A DNA stretch of 64,000 nt from an uncultured cyanobacterium (GTDB taxonomy: Bacteria; Cyanobacteriota; Cyanobacteriia; Cyanobacteriales; CAWCAG01): the NCBI GenBank assembly GCA_963793425.1, contig CAWCAG010000005.1, forward strand, positions 1,344,001 through 1,408,000. Direction: 5' to 3'. The notes under the pieces are model-generated. The model was not told where the DNA came from. It worked only from the letters and a program-made list of their open reading frames with translations, and searched no databases. Positions 42,964 through 53,110 of this stretch are shown piece by piece. Within the stretch, counting starts at the first letter, position 1; every line of letters starts with the position of its first letter. Both the position numbers and the translations under genes were made by a program.

Positions 42964-45354
42964 ATGAGTATTGCTAATTTTAGAATCAAACCTCCTAGAT
43001 TAAAAAATGAAATCATCACAGCCATAGCTATCCTAGCTACGCTTATTCCCATTCTAAATATTGTAGTCATAATAGCAACAACAGGAGCTAATAACTTCTC
43101 AAACGACTATATTCAATCTCTAGGAATTATTGATCAGTTTTTAAGCGGTACTTATGATTGGAATAATTATTTCCAGGACACATTTTTTAACGGTCATATC
43201 GTATTTTTCCCTGTACTTATCCGGCTAGCTATAGCTTACTTTGCACATTCCAATGTTTATGTAGAGTTTTATATCAGTGTAATATTTTTTTTTATAAAAT
43301 TAATTTTACTACATGATATTTTTGCTCAATCAATTAAACCTTCCCGTAAATGGTTGCTGTTGCCAATACTCTCATGTCTAGTTTTTTCAACATCACAAAT
43401 AAGCGTATTTACTTTTGGCTACGCAGCCTTAGAAATTAGTTTATGTATGTTAGGTTTTACTCTAGGAATGTGGGGGTTAGTCAAATTTTCAGGAAGTTGG
43501 CTAGGAGTTGTCATCATGTTATTAGGTGGTATTTTAGCATCCTGGTCATTTGGTTTTGGTCTTATGGCATGGTTGGCCTTCCTATTAGGATTAATTCTAC
43601 TTAAGTTCCGAAAAGCCGGACACTACATTGCTTATTTGATTACTTTTACAATAGCTTCATCGCCTTACTTTTTTTTCTTCAAGCTTCAGTCTAATCCTGG
43701 AACTTCAATAGTTCCTACTCTAAATTTAATATTTATTCCTAGAAGTATTGGCTTACCACTTGCTCAAGGTTTTGCTCTTGGTTCTGCTCAATGGATTGGT
43801 TTTGTGGGAATAATATTACTTTTTATTCAGCTTTATTATCTTTGGCAAAAGCATTCTTCTAACTTATTAAAACAAGCAGCACCAGCTCTAATGCTAGTTA
43901 GTTTTGCACTACTCAGTATTTTGCAAGTTACTATATTTCGTGCTAATCATGCTCCTTGGTATACAACCCCATCTATGAATTTTTGGATTGGATTAGTAGG
44001 TTCTGCTTCTGTATTTTTGATTAATCGCCAATACAGCTTTTATAAAATAGGAATTGGTAAATTTAAACCTCTCAATCCAACTAGTTGGAGTTTTTCTGTT
44101 TTGACTTTAGTAGCATTTTTCTATGTTACTTCCAACCTTACCTATGAAGATAAAGTATTTCACCTTCCTTCTCGCAGTCCTTCTTCTGCTGCTTGCTTGA
44201 GGGAGTACCTCAATGCTCCAACCTATTGTGAAGAGCGTTTATTTCAATGGGGACTAGGAAATACAGGTCTAGTAGAAAAATTAGCTACACCACTTGATCG
44301 CCATAAACTCTCAGTTTTTTCACCTCGCCAACGTTGGACTTTACAAGGAGATTTTGTACTCGATAAAGTCAGTATTGAGGAAACTCCAGAAGCTGGTGAT
44401 ATATTCTGGTCAGAGAATAGAACTATTGAAAACCGATTGCCTTGGCATCACTACAAACACCTCAACTTATTTTTACCCTCTCCAAATACGGCATCCTGGA
44501 CTATATCATTACCAAATAATCTCAAGAGTGCTAACTTCAATTCTGCTGTCGCAGTAAGTAAATCAGCTCCCAAAGATAATGCTGCTGATGGACTTACTTT
44601 TGAGGTTTATATAGAGAAGAGTCAGGAAAAAAGAAAGCTAGCTTATTCCTATACAACTAAACCTAATCAAAGTTATTGGCAACCTTTTTCTATCTCTCTA
44701 AACGATTATGTTGGAGAGACTGTCACTTTGCACTTAACATCTTCTTCTGGCAAAAACTCTATTGGTGACTGGGGAATGTATCGCTACCCTTATATAGATG
44801 TTTTGCTTAATTCTTTGGATGAAAATAGTTCCGAAGAGTTAAAAGTTAGACCTTCTAATACAGATATTTCATCTCTATTTACTAAAACAACTTCCAATGA
44901 TTTTCGCTTTGATGTCACCGACATAAACCAGTGGGAGCAGTCTGGTTTGGAAATGATAAATAAAAATCAGAATTCCTCTATGATTTGGAAAATAACAGAT
45001 GTTCCAAATTTAACTTTCATAAGACCTTTGAATGTTCAGCTCAATAATTATACTCATTTCTACATAAGTTTAGCTGTATCTCCAGCAATAGCCCCTCGCG
45101 CACTTACACTTCGTTATAAATTAGATGACGGAGTAGAACAGTCGATACCAATCACTCTTTTAGCCGATGGAAATTTACATGAATATACTTATGATTTAAA
45201 ACTTTTAGAACTCGATCAAACAGCCCATTTAACTAGTTTAAGTATTACGCCCGTAATTGTAGATGGACGTAGTAATATAGCATCAATTTCTCATAAAGAT
45301 AATTGGGTTAATATTTCAGATATTCGCTTAATCTCTAAACTTAATTTTAATTAA
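42964..45354 (+). CDS. Large multi-TM protein, putative GT-C type transferase with C-terminal soluble domains
   Basis: About 400 aa of TM helices with an early NDY / NGH..F motif, then about 400 aa soluble. Directly follows the GtrB-like gene. Confidence 0.6.
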   Translation: MSIANFRIKPPRLKNEIITAIAILATLIPILNIVVIIATTGANNFSNDYIQSLGIIDQFLSGTYDWNNYFQDTFFNGHIVFFPVLIRLAIAYFAHSNVYVEFYISVIFFFIKLILLHDIFAQSIKPSRKWLLLPILSCLVFSTSQISVFTFGYAALEISLCMLGFTLGMWGLVKFSGSWLGVVIMLLGGILASWSFGFGLMAWLAFLLGLILLKFRKAGHYIAYLITFTIASSPYFFFFKLQSNPGTSIVPTLNLIFIPRSIGLPLAQGFALGSAQWIGFVGIILLFIQLYYLWQKHSSNLLKQAAPALMLVSFALLSILQVTIFRANHAPWYTTPSMNFWIGLVGSASVFLINRQYSFYKIGIGKFKPLNPTSWSFSVLTLVAFFYVTSNLTYEDKVFHLPSRSPSSAACLREYLNAPTYCEERLFQWGLGNTGLVEKLATPLDRHKLSVFSPRQRWTLQGDFVLDKVSIEETPEAGDIFWSENRTIENRLPWHHYKHLNLFLPSPNTASWTISLPNNLKSANFNSAVAVSKSAPKDNAADGLTFEVYIEKSQEKRKLAYSYTTKPNQSYWQPFSISLNDYVGETVTLHLTSSSGKNSIGDWGMYRYPYIDVLLNSLDENSSEELKVRPSNTDISSLFTKTTSNDFRFDVTDINQWEQSGLEMINKNQNSSMIWKITDVPNLTFIRPLNVQLNNYTHFYISLAVSPAIAPRALTLRYKLDDGVEQSIPITLLADGNLHEYTYDLKLLELDQTAHLTSLSITPVIVDGRSNIASISHKDNWVNISDIRLISKLNFN

Positions 45355-45529
45355 TTTTGTAGTAATTATAGTTAATGAATATTATATAAACTAATATTTT
45401 TGATGTTCTTATAAGGTTAAACTAGTGAAAAATGCTGAATTGCTTTCCTGATATTTACCAGGCTTGTTTCTGCACAGTGTCATGGTGATATGATTAATAA
45501 CTGGATTAACATTATCCAGTGTACTTAAA

Positions 45530-46417
45530 ATGAAACATATTGTACTAATTGGCAGCAAAGGACAACTAGGACAAGAGTTACAACCTATTTTAGAAACTCT
45601 GGGAAAACGAGAATTAATTAGTTTTGACAGAGCAACCTTTGACATTTCTCAACCCAATGACATTGCTAAGAAACTTCAAGAAACTAAACCCAGCCTAATT
45701 ATTAACGCGGCTGCTTATACTGCTGTAGATAAAGCAGAATCAGAATCAGAATTAGCTTACCAAATAAATGGAATTGCACCCAGTATCATGGCTCAAGAAG
45801 CAGATAAATTAGGTGCTTTTCTAATCCACTACTCCACAGATTATGTTTTTGATGGTAAGCAAGGTTATCCCTATCAAGAAACAGACCAAACTAGTCCCCA
45901 AAGTGTTTACGGCGAATCCAAACTAAAAGGCGAAGTTGCTATCCAAGCAAATTGTGATAATTATATAATTATTCGCACTGCTTGGGTTTACGGAAGCTGT
46001 GGTAAAAGTAACTTTGTCAAAACCATGCTGCGATTAGGTAAAGAAAGAAAAGAAATCCGCGTCGTTACAGATCAAATTGGTAGCCCCACTTGGACAAAGG
46101 ATTTAGCAGAAACTACAGTACAAATCCTCTCCCAAAAAGAAACTATCCAACCGGGAATTTATCACTATACTAATAGCGGTGTGGCAAGCTGGTATGATTT
46201 TGCCGTAGCTATTTTTGCTGAAGCTAAACAATTAGGATTTCCTTTACAAGTAGAAAGAGTAATTCCCATTACCACTGCTGAATATCCTACTCCTGCTAAA
46301 CGTCCAAACTATTCTGTTCTCTCCTGCCAGAAAGTAACCAAAGTTTTAGGCAATTATCCTCCCCATTGGCGAGAAAGTTTGAGGGAAATGCTGCAAGATT
46401 TGTCAGTAATTAACTAA
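45530..46417 (+). CDS. rfbD: dTDP-4-dehydrorhamnose reductase
   Basis: GSKGQLG, NAAAYTAVDKAE, STDYVFDG, YGESKL and DQIGSPT motifs. Confidence 0.96.
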   Translation: MKHIVLIGSKGQLGQELQPILETLGKRELISFDRATFDISQPNDIAKKLQETKPSLIINAAAYTAVDKAESESELAYQINGIAPSIMAQEADKLGAFLIHYSTDYVFDGKQGYPYQETDQTSPQSVYGESKLKGEVAIQANCDNYIIIRTAWVYGSCGKSNFVKTMLRLGKERKEIRVVTDQIGSPTWTKDLAETTVQILSQKETIQPGIYHYTNSGVASWYDFAVAIFAEAKQLGFPLQVERVIPITTAEYPTPAKRPNYSVLSCQKVTKVLGNYPPHWRESLREMLQDLSVIN

Positions 46418-46419
46418 TA

Positions 46420-47334
46420 ATGAATTATCGAGTTGCAGCTTATATTACAGCGTATAAGGACGAAGAAAGTGTAAAAAAATGTCTTCAAGGCATTAAACAG
46501 CAATCCTATCTAGTAGAAAAAGTTTTTATCTTAGATAACTCTCCAGTACCAATAGTTTCACCAGAAAATAACTATTTAATTATTGAACACTGTCCTGAAA
46601 ACTTAGGAATTGGTGCAGGTTTAGCAATGGCTTTAGCTTGGGCAATTGAAGCAGAATATGATTTTCTTTGGAGTTTTGACCAAGATAGTTATCCTACTCA
46701 AAATTGTTTAGAAATATTATTAAGTTCTTATCAAGAACTTGTTTTGGCAAACTATTCAATCGGTATTATTGCTGCCACCCCAATTGATACCAAAAGTAAG
46801 CAAACTATTGGCGGAGCAATCTTTAATGGCAAAAAGTTTGTTGAGGAAAAACCAGATAGTAAAACAGAAGCCTGTGAATGTGATGCTCTAATAACTTCTG
46901 GTTCTTTAATTTCTCTTCTTGCTGCTCAAACTATTGCCCCTCCAAAAACAGAATTGTTTATAGATGGTATTGATCTTGAATATGGTATGCGCTTAAAGAA
47001 GAAAGGTTTCCATAATTTTATTGTTTCTCAAGCTATTATGTATCATAAATTTGGCAATCCAATTGTAGTCAATCTTTTGAAAAAAAAGAAAACTATTCAT
47101 CAATATTCTGCCTTACGACGTTACTACATTTGTCGCAATCATACTTATTTAGAAACTCGTTATGCCCAAGGTTGGCATCGTATTATTAGTACTCTAGAAA
47201 GACTTAAATTTATGCTTAAGCAAATTGCTGCTATATTAATTTACGATCCAGAACAAACACTAACAAAAGTTTGGGCTTGTTTAATCGGAACTTATGATGG
47301 TTTGATAGGGAAATTAGGCAAAACTTGGCATTAA
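46420..47334 (+). CDS. GT2 glycosyltransferase, rhamnosyltransferase-like
   Basis: FDQDS, ITSGSL, FIDGID and RRYYICRN motifs. Confidence 0.88.
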   Translation: MNYRVAAYITAYKDEESVKKCLQGIKQQSYLVEKVFILDNSPVPIVSPENNYLIIEHCPENLGIGAGLAMALAWAIEAEYDFLWSFDQDSYPTQNCLEILLSSYQELVLANYSIGIIAATPIDTKSKQTIGGAIFNGKKFVEEKPDSKTEACECDALITSGSLISLLAAQTIAPPKTELFIDGIDLEYGMRLKKKGFHNFIVSQAIMYHKFGNPIVVNLLKKKKTIHQYSALRRYYICRNHTYLETRYAQGWHRIISTLERLKFMLKQIAAILIYDPEQTLTKVWACLIGTYDGLIGKLGKTWH

Positions 47335-47360
47335 TCATATAGTCCCCAATCTTACAGGAT

Positions 47361-48434
47361 ATGAAAGCACTAATTCTCTCCGGTGGAAAAGGTACGCGGC
47401 TACGCCCTTTAACCTATACGGGGGCCAAACAACTTGTACCTGTGGCTAATAAACCGATTCTTTGGTATGGCATTGAAAGTATTGTGGCTGCGGGTATTAC
47501 CGATATTGGTATTATTATTAGCCCGGAAACAGGAGAGGAAGTGAAGAGCATTACTGGTGATGGTTCCCAGTTTGGGGCTAACATTACTTATATGCTTCAA
47601 TTAGAACCAGCAGGATTAGCCCATGCTGTTAAAATTGCTCAACCTTTCTTGGGAAATTCCCCTTTTATTATGTACTTGGGTGACAATTTAATCCAAGATA
47701 GCCTCCAAGAATTTCTTGATAAGTTTAGCCAACAAAGTCTAGATGCACTAATTTTACTACGCAAGGTAGAAAATCCTAGCGCCTTTGGTGTAGCTGAAGT
47801 AGCCGAAGATGGGCGTATATTGCAACTGGTAGAAAAACCTCAACACCCTACTTCTGATTTAGCTTTAGTGGGAGTTTATTTCTTTTCTTCTCTTATTCAT
47901 AATGCGATCGCACAAATTAAACCCTCAGCCAGAGGAGAATTAGAAATAACTGATGCTATCCAGAAATTAATTACTCAGCAACATAATATCCAGGCAACTC
48001 AACTCTCTGGTTGGTGGTTAGATACAGGTAAAAAAGATGACCTCCTGGAAGCTAATCGAGTTATTCTTGATAGTTATCTCGGTAAGACTGTAGAAGGAGA
48101 AATAGATGAACACTCCAAAGTGATTGGTCGTGTTACTATAGGCGCTGGTTGCCAACTGGTTAACTGTACTGTACGCGGCCCAGTTATTATTGGTCAAAAT
48201 TGCCATTTAGAAAATTGCTACATTGGCCCCTATACCAGCATCGGTAACAGTGTCACTTTAATAGATACAGATATTGACCACAGCGTTATTCTGGAAGGGG
48301 CAAAAATCACTAATATCCATCAAAGGATAGTAGATAGTCTCATTGGTCGTCGCGCTAGTCTAACTCCTGCCCAGAAAAGACCTAAAGCTTTGAGCTTTAT
48401 GATTGGCGACGATTCTCAATTGCAACTTATTTAA
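47361..48434 (+). CDS. rfbA: Glucose-1-phosphate thymidylyltransferase (long form)
   Basis: LSGGKGTRLRPLT, KQLVPVANKP and ARGELEITDA motifs, plus a C-terminal beta-helix. Confidence 0.95.
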   Translation: MKALILSGGKGTRLRPLTYTGAKQLVPVANKPILWYGIESIVAAGITDIGIIISPETGEEVKSITGDGSQFGANITYMLQLEPAGLAHAVKIAQPFLGNSPFIMYLGDNLIQDSLQEFLDKFSQQSLDALILLRKVENPSAFGVAEVAEDGRILQLVEKPQHPTSDLALVGVYFFSSLIHNAIAQIKPSARGELEITDAIQKLITQQHNIQATQLSGWWLDTGKKDDLLEANRVILDSYLGKTVEGEIDEHSKVIGRVTIGAGCQLVNCTVRGPVIIGQNCHLENCYIGPYTSIGNSVTLIDTDIDHSVILEGAKITNIHQRIVDSLIGRRASLTPAQKRPKALSFMIGDDSQLQLI

Positions 48435-48452
48435 GCTATAGTACCTTACTTC

Positions 48453-49445
48453 ATGTCTACTGAGAAAATAGGTATTATACTGGCAACGTACAATCCTAAT
48501 CTTGAGCATTTAGAAAAGCAATTGAAATCGATTCAAAGGCAAACTTGGACTCAATGGGTTTGCCATATTTGTGATGATGCTTCTTCATTCAATTTGAGAA
48601 ATTTCCTATCTCAATATACCCAGCAAGATCAGCGTTTTATTTGTCATTTCCATCAAGAAAATGTCGGTGTTAATAGTAATTTTGAACGTGGTTTAAGGTA
48701 TCTGCAAAATGATCCCGAAATAGCTTACATTGCCTTTTGCGATCAAGATGATATTTGGCAACAGACAAAGCTGATTAAGTTAAGAGAAGCTTTGGCGAGG
48801 GAGAGGGCTATTTTAGCTCATTCAGACCTAGAAATCATTGATGCCCAAGGTAAAAGTATTTACTCTTCTGTTTGGCAATACGAAAACCGTCAACCAGAAA
48901 AACTAACCCCTAAACTTCTCCTGCTCCGTAATACTGTTACAGGTTGTACTATGATGTTTAGCCGCAACCTCCTTCGCCAAATCCTGCCTTTTCCTAAACA
49001 AAACAAACCTGATGGCTGGTATCACGATCATTGGGTTGCCTTGGTTGCTGCCCATCATGGCAAAATTGTCCATATTCGAGAATCTTTAGTTAAGTACCGC
49101 CAGCATGACAACAATACCGTTGGCACACAAAAAAATACTGGTACTATTCACCAGGAATTTGTCCTTTGGTTAGGCAAGAGAGGTCGTCTCACTCTCAAAA
49201 GCTACAAAATCCACTGTAACCTTAGTAAAGCTTTCTACCAACGCTTTTACCCCTATGCAAATCAGAATAAAATCAATCCCTTCTCTGAACAACCCTTAGA
49301 TTTTGGCTTCAGCATTCTTAAACTCGGCATCCACAGCGCCCTAGTTGGTTATGGATCTCAAGGTAATACTCTACGCTTAGTTGTTAACAAATTTATCTTC
49401 GACTGTCTTAGAATTAAGGGTTGGTTGTTGAGGCAATCTACCTGA
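48453..49445 (+). CDS. GT2 glycosyltransferase, rhamnosyltransferase-like
   Basis: ILATYNP, FCDQDDIW, NTVTGC, HDHW and YRQH motifs. Confidence 0.9.
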   Translation: MSTEKIGIILATYNPNLEHLEKQLKSIQRQTWTQWVCHICDDASSFNLRNFLSQYTQQDQRFICHFHQENVGVNSNFERGLRYLQNDPEIAYIAFCDQDDIWQQTKLIKLREALARERAILAHSDLEIIDAQGKSIYSSVWQYENRQPEKLTPKLLLLRNTVTGCTMMFSRNLLRQILPFPKQNKPDGWYHDHWVALVAAHHGKIVHIRESLVKYRQHDNNTVGTQKNTGTIHQEFVLWLGKRGRLTLKSYKIHCNLSKAFYQRFYPYANQNKINPFSEQPLDFGFSILKLGIHSALVGYGSQGNTLRLVVNKFIFDCLRIKGWLLRQST

Positions 49446-49493
49446 CCAGAAAAATGATCATGATTGAGAAGTGTCTTAAGGGCATAGATACCT

Positions 49494-50114
49494 ATGACTC
49501 AAACAATAAACAAAACATTAACCTTTGCAGAATTTGTCAGATGGAAACTAGAAAACAAGCATTACGAATTACACAATGGAGTAATTGTTGAAGTGGCCCA
49601 ACCTCTTGGTAAGCATGAAAATGTGGTTGGGTTTTTAGCCAGAAAAATAACTGTAGAGTTTGACCGCTTAAATTTACCTTACTTCATTGCCTCAAAAGTA
49701 TTAGTTAAACCTGATACTCAAGACTCGGCTTATTTTCCTGATGTATTGATACTAAACAAGGGTAATTTTAAAAATGAACCTTTGTACGAAAAAGAATCGA
49801 CAGTTTCTCAAGGTGAATCAATACCATTAGTGGTAGAAGTTGTGAGTACTAACTGGAGTGATGATTATGCTTTGAAATGGGAAGAGTACGAAAATATAGG
49901 TATCCCAGAATATTTGATTATTGATTACCTGGGCTTGGGGGGGAAAAAGTTTATCGGCAATCCTAAGCAACCTACTATTACAGTTTGTCAATTAGAAAAT
50001 GGCGAATATAAAAGCATTTTGTTTAGAGGCGACGAAGTTATTCAACTAAAATCATTTCCAGAATTAAAACTGACCGCCAAAGAAGTTTTTCGCTCTGCTC
50101 AAGTTGAAAGCTAA
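49494..50114 (+). CDS. Uma2 family endonuclease-like protein
   Basis: YELHNG, PDVLIL, LVVEVVSTNW.DDY and GIPEY motifs. Confidence 0.9.
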   Translation: MTQTINKTLTFAEFVRWKLENKHYELHNGVIVEVAQPLGKHENVVGFLARKITVEFDRLNLPYFIASKVLVKPDTQDSAYFPDVLILNKGNFKNEPLYEKESTVSQGESIPLVVEVVSTNWSDDYALKWEEYENIGIPEYLIIDYLGLGGKKFIGNPKQPTITVCQLENGEYKSILFRGDEVIQLKSFPELKLTAKEVFRSAQVES

Positions 50115-50137
50115 AAAAATATAATCACGGGATTTTT

Positions 50138-50686
50138 ATGATGATAACTATGGCTACAAGAGTACCAGATGTCAAGCTGATTAAACCGAAAGTTTTTGAA
50201 GATCAAAGAGGCTTTTTCTACGAATCTTACAACTACAAAACTCTTCAAGAAAAGTACGGTATCTCACCTGTTTTTGTCCAAGATAACCATTCTTGTTCTC
50301 AACAAAACGTACTTCGGGGATTACATTACCAAATTCAACAACCTCAAGGCAAACTAGTCCGTGCTGTAGTTGGTACAATTTTTGACGTTGCTGTAGATTT
50401 GCGCTCTTCTTCTCCTACTTTCGCTAAATGGGTAGGTTATATCCTCAGTGCCGAAAACAAACACCAACTCTGGATACCACCAGGTTTTGCCCACGGCTTC
50501 TTAGTGCTTTCTGAAACCGCAGAAGTACTCTACAAAACTACTGATTATTATGCACCTCAACACGAACGGACTTTACTTTGGAATGATCCAGATTTAGCTA
50601 TTGATTGGCCTATTTCTGAAGCACCTATTTTATCCAGTAAAGACAAGGAGGGAAAAAGAATTAAAGAAGCTGAATTGTTGTCTTAA
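50138..50686 (+). CDS. rfbC: dTDP-4-dehydrorhamnose 3,5-epimerase
   Basis: DQRGFF, QDNHS, LRGLHYQ and GFAHGF motifs. Confidence 0.96.
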   Translation: MMITMATRVPDVKLIKPKVFEDQRGFFYESYNYKTLQEKYGISPVFVQDNHSCSQQNVLRGLHYQIQQPQGKLVRAVVGTIFDVAVDLRSSSPTFAKWVGYILSAENKHQLWIPPGFAHGFLVLSETAEVLYKTTDYYAPQHERTLLWNDPDLAIDWPISEAPILSSKDKEGKRIKEAELLS

Positions 50687-51330
50687 TTTATTGTGTTTCC
50701 TTCTTCAACTATTAACTGATTCAGAGAGCGTAAAATTCTTAATACTTGATACAAATCATTACCAGGATTAAGTAAATCAAAACCCCTAGAAACTCCATAT
50801 TGTGAAGCTTCTCCTCTCGTCAGCTTGACAAATCGACAACTGCTACCATTAATAAGTAAGCCAAAAGTTGGTTGAGTAGGGTTAGGATTGCTGAACATAT
50901 AAGCTAGTAGTTGAGGTATGCCCACTTCTAAAGAAAATGCTGCTTGCTTAGATTCAATGACTAGTACCCAAAGTTGAGCAGAAATTGCCAACACATCTAT
51001 CTGCCCTTTAACAACAACTCCTTCATCTTCAGAAACAATTTCTACTGATTTTTCTGATTGAATATGAAAGGGGGGCAGATAAAAACCTGCTAAATCTAAT
51101 AGAGGAGATAGTACAACCATCTTGACTGAATTTTCTAGTAAAGGAGGATGCTTAATTAAGTTCAAATAACTAGCTTTTACTCTGTCAAGACGTTTTTGCT
51201 CTTCAGTAGAAATTACTGGCAAGTTGTCCTGCCACTCTGGAAAAAAATGCTCATCTTCTACTAACTGAATATGAAAATTTTTTTCTAGTTCCTCTAAGCT
51301 AACTCTATTCGCTTGGATGGTTCGAGTCAT
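50683..51330 (-). CDS. Stand-alone HsdR N-terminal-like (PD-(D/E)xK) protein
   Basis: VKMVVLSPLLDLAGFY, GQIDVL, LVIESK, PQLLAYM and NG..RFVKL motifs. No motor domain and no hsdM/hsdS nearby. Confidence 0.8.
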   Translation of the reverse strand: MTRTIQANRVSLEELEKNFHIQLVEDEHFFPEWQDNLPVISTEEQKRLDRVKASYLNLIKHPPLLENSVKMVVLSPLLDLAGFYLPPFHIQSEKSVEIVSEDEGVVVKGQIDVLAISAQLWVLVIESKQAAFSLEVGIPQLLAYMFSNPNPTQPTFGLLINGSSCRFVKLTRGEASQYGVSRGFDLLNPGNDLYQVLRILRSLNQLIVEEGNTIN

Positions 51331-51417
51331 ATCCTTATGCTACCTCTTCCATTTTAAAAATTGTTCTTTGACTTTAGCGCTATATACTCTTAATTAGCAC
51401 ATATCTAAAAACTCGAT

Positions 51418-52062
51418 ATGAACACTGAATTCTCTCATCAGCAAAACTATGAACTGTTGAAATGGTTGAATAGCAATCATCAGATGTTGCTATATAATTA
51501 TCCTAATCAATATATCGCCTTTAACCCTGAAGGCTTAATTGCTCATAGTGAGAACTTAGAGGAAATTTTAGACTTAGCTAAAGCATCACAAAAGACATTC
51601 GTTATTTACTTAGTACCCTTAAAAACAGCTTCAATTGTTATTCACTCCATTCGCTTTCGTAGTGTTACTCGCCACAACTGGCTACCAGATTATCCAGCAA
51701 AACTGAAGCATAAAAAGAAAGAAATTGATACCCTCATGCTAGTAGATTCTGGTGCAGAAGTGAGCTTAATTTCTTATAAGATGGGTCAACAATTAGGTTA
51801 TGCTCTAGCAGATTCAGAATCTAAATTGCTAGCAGAAACTATTGGTGGAACTGTTGAGTATGTGATGCGAGATGTAGAAATGGTTATAGACAATCATAGT
51901 TTTATTGCTCCCGTAGCTTGGTTGCAACAAATAACAGGAGGAGAGCAATTACTTTTAGGTAGAGAAGTTGTTTTCGATAAGTTTAATATAGAATTTAGGC
52001 AAGCAGAAGAACGGATTATTTTTACTTGGTGTGGAGATAATACCAATTCTTTTAGTAATTAG
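51418..52062 (+). CDS. DUF5678-like domain fused to retropepsin-like aspartic protease
   Basis: N-terminal YPNQYIAF...IAHSENL segment; C-terminal LVDSGAEVS and LLGRE motifs. Confidence 0.78.
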   Translation: MNTEFSHQQNYELLKWLNSNHQMLLYNYPNQYIAFNPEGLIAHSENLEEILDLAKASQKTFVIYLVPLKTASIVIHSIRFRSVTRHNWLPDYPAKLKHKKKEIDTLMLVDSGAEVSLISYKMGQQLGYALADSESKLLAETIGGTVEYVMRDVEMVIDNHSFIAPVAWLQQITGGEQLLLGREVVFDKFNIEFRQAEERIIFTWCGDNTNSFSN

Positions 52063-52079
52063 AGGAAAGTCATGCAACC

Positions 52080-52905
52080 ATGAATCTAAACCAGCTACCT
52101 TTTGTATCTATTATTATAATTAACTACAATGGTGCAGAAGTTATTCTCAACTGTTTAGAATCTCTCTACAGCAATTTAAAACAAGTAGCTTATGAAGTAA
52201 TTGTTGTTGACAACGCCTCCCAAGATGGTAGCCCTGAGAGTATTGTCCAACAGTTTCCCCAAGTAACTTTGTTACCACAAAAGCGAAATTTAGGCTTCGG
52301 TAGCGCTAACAATATTGGTGTACAACAAGCCCAAGGAAAATTTCTTTTCCTCCTCAATTCAGATACAATCATTACTGCTGATATCTTACCTAAACTAATT
52401 GCTAAACTTAACCAATCTCCCCAGATTGGCATAGTTGCCCCAACTCCTCAACCCTGATGGCAGCTTTCAGTTTTCTGTCTCCAAAGAGATTAGTATTTTG
52501 GGAGAGTTTCAAACCTTGCAACAGGTTAAGCAATATCGTAATCTTGCTACTCGCCCTAATGTAGCCAAAATCTATAACCAAGAACAAAATGTAGATATAG
52601 TTGTCGGGGCAGCTATGTTAATGCGTCGCTCATTATTTAAAGAAGTAGGCGGCTTTGATCAAAGCTTTTTCATGTACTTTGAGGAATCTGACCTTTGCAA
52701 GCGGGTAGGAAACCTTGGTTACAGCATCCTCTATATACCGGAAGTATCTTTAATTCATCTTGGTGGTTATTCTGTAGCTAAAAATGCTGACTATATGGCC
52801 AGAGAATACCGTCGTAGCCAACGTTATTATTATAAAAAACATCGCCCTCTCTGGGAACAATGGTTTTTGTATTGCTACTTAATTATAAGGAGGATATTAC
52901 CATAA
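52080..52905 (+). CDS. GT2 glycosyltransferase (WbbL-like), frameshifted near 52438
   Basis: VVDNASQDGS, NLGFG and LLNSD in one frame; PQLLNPDGS, GGFD and YFEESDLC in the next. The break lies in a C run. Confidence 0.85.
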
Positions 52906-53002
52906 CCCGATGTTCAGTTGAGACTTTTTTGCAAAGTCTACTGACCTTTGCCTAAACTGAGTGTGACGAGATAGGTAAAGTAAGGGACATTTTGAGGAAA
53001 GT

Positions 53003-53090
53003 CTTATTACTCTTGTGGCTGCTTTAGAGGACTTAAAAGTATTACAATATCTCTACACTCAAGTGTTAGTCACCCATGAAGTATGTCAAC
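53003..53090 (+). pseudogene. Fragment of a DUF3368 (PIN-like) gene
   Basis: LITLVAALEDLKVLQYLYTQVLVTHEVCQ resembles my recollection of DUF3368 N-terminal regions. No start and no remainder are present. Confidence 0.45.
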
Positions 53091-53110
53091 ATCTGACTAT
53101 CGTGTTACCT

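Noticed and set aside
50683..51330. Type I restriction-modification system
   Set aside because: Only a short HsdR-N-like domain is present, with no helicase, hsdM or hsdS.
53015..53110. N-terminal part of ORF 53015-53401 as real coding sequence
   Set aside because: It looks like an in-frame DUF3368-like remnant; the likely start is the ATG at 53111.
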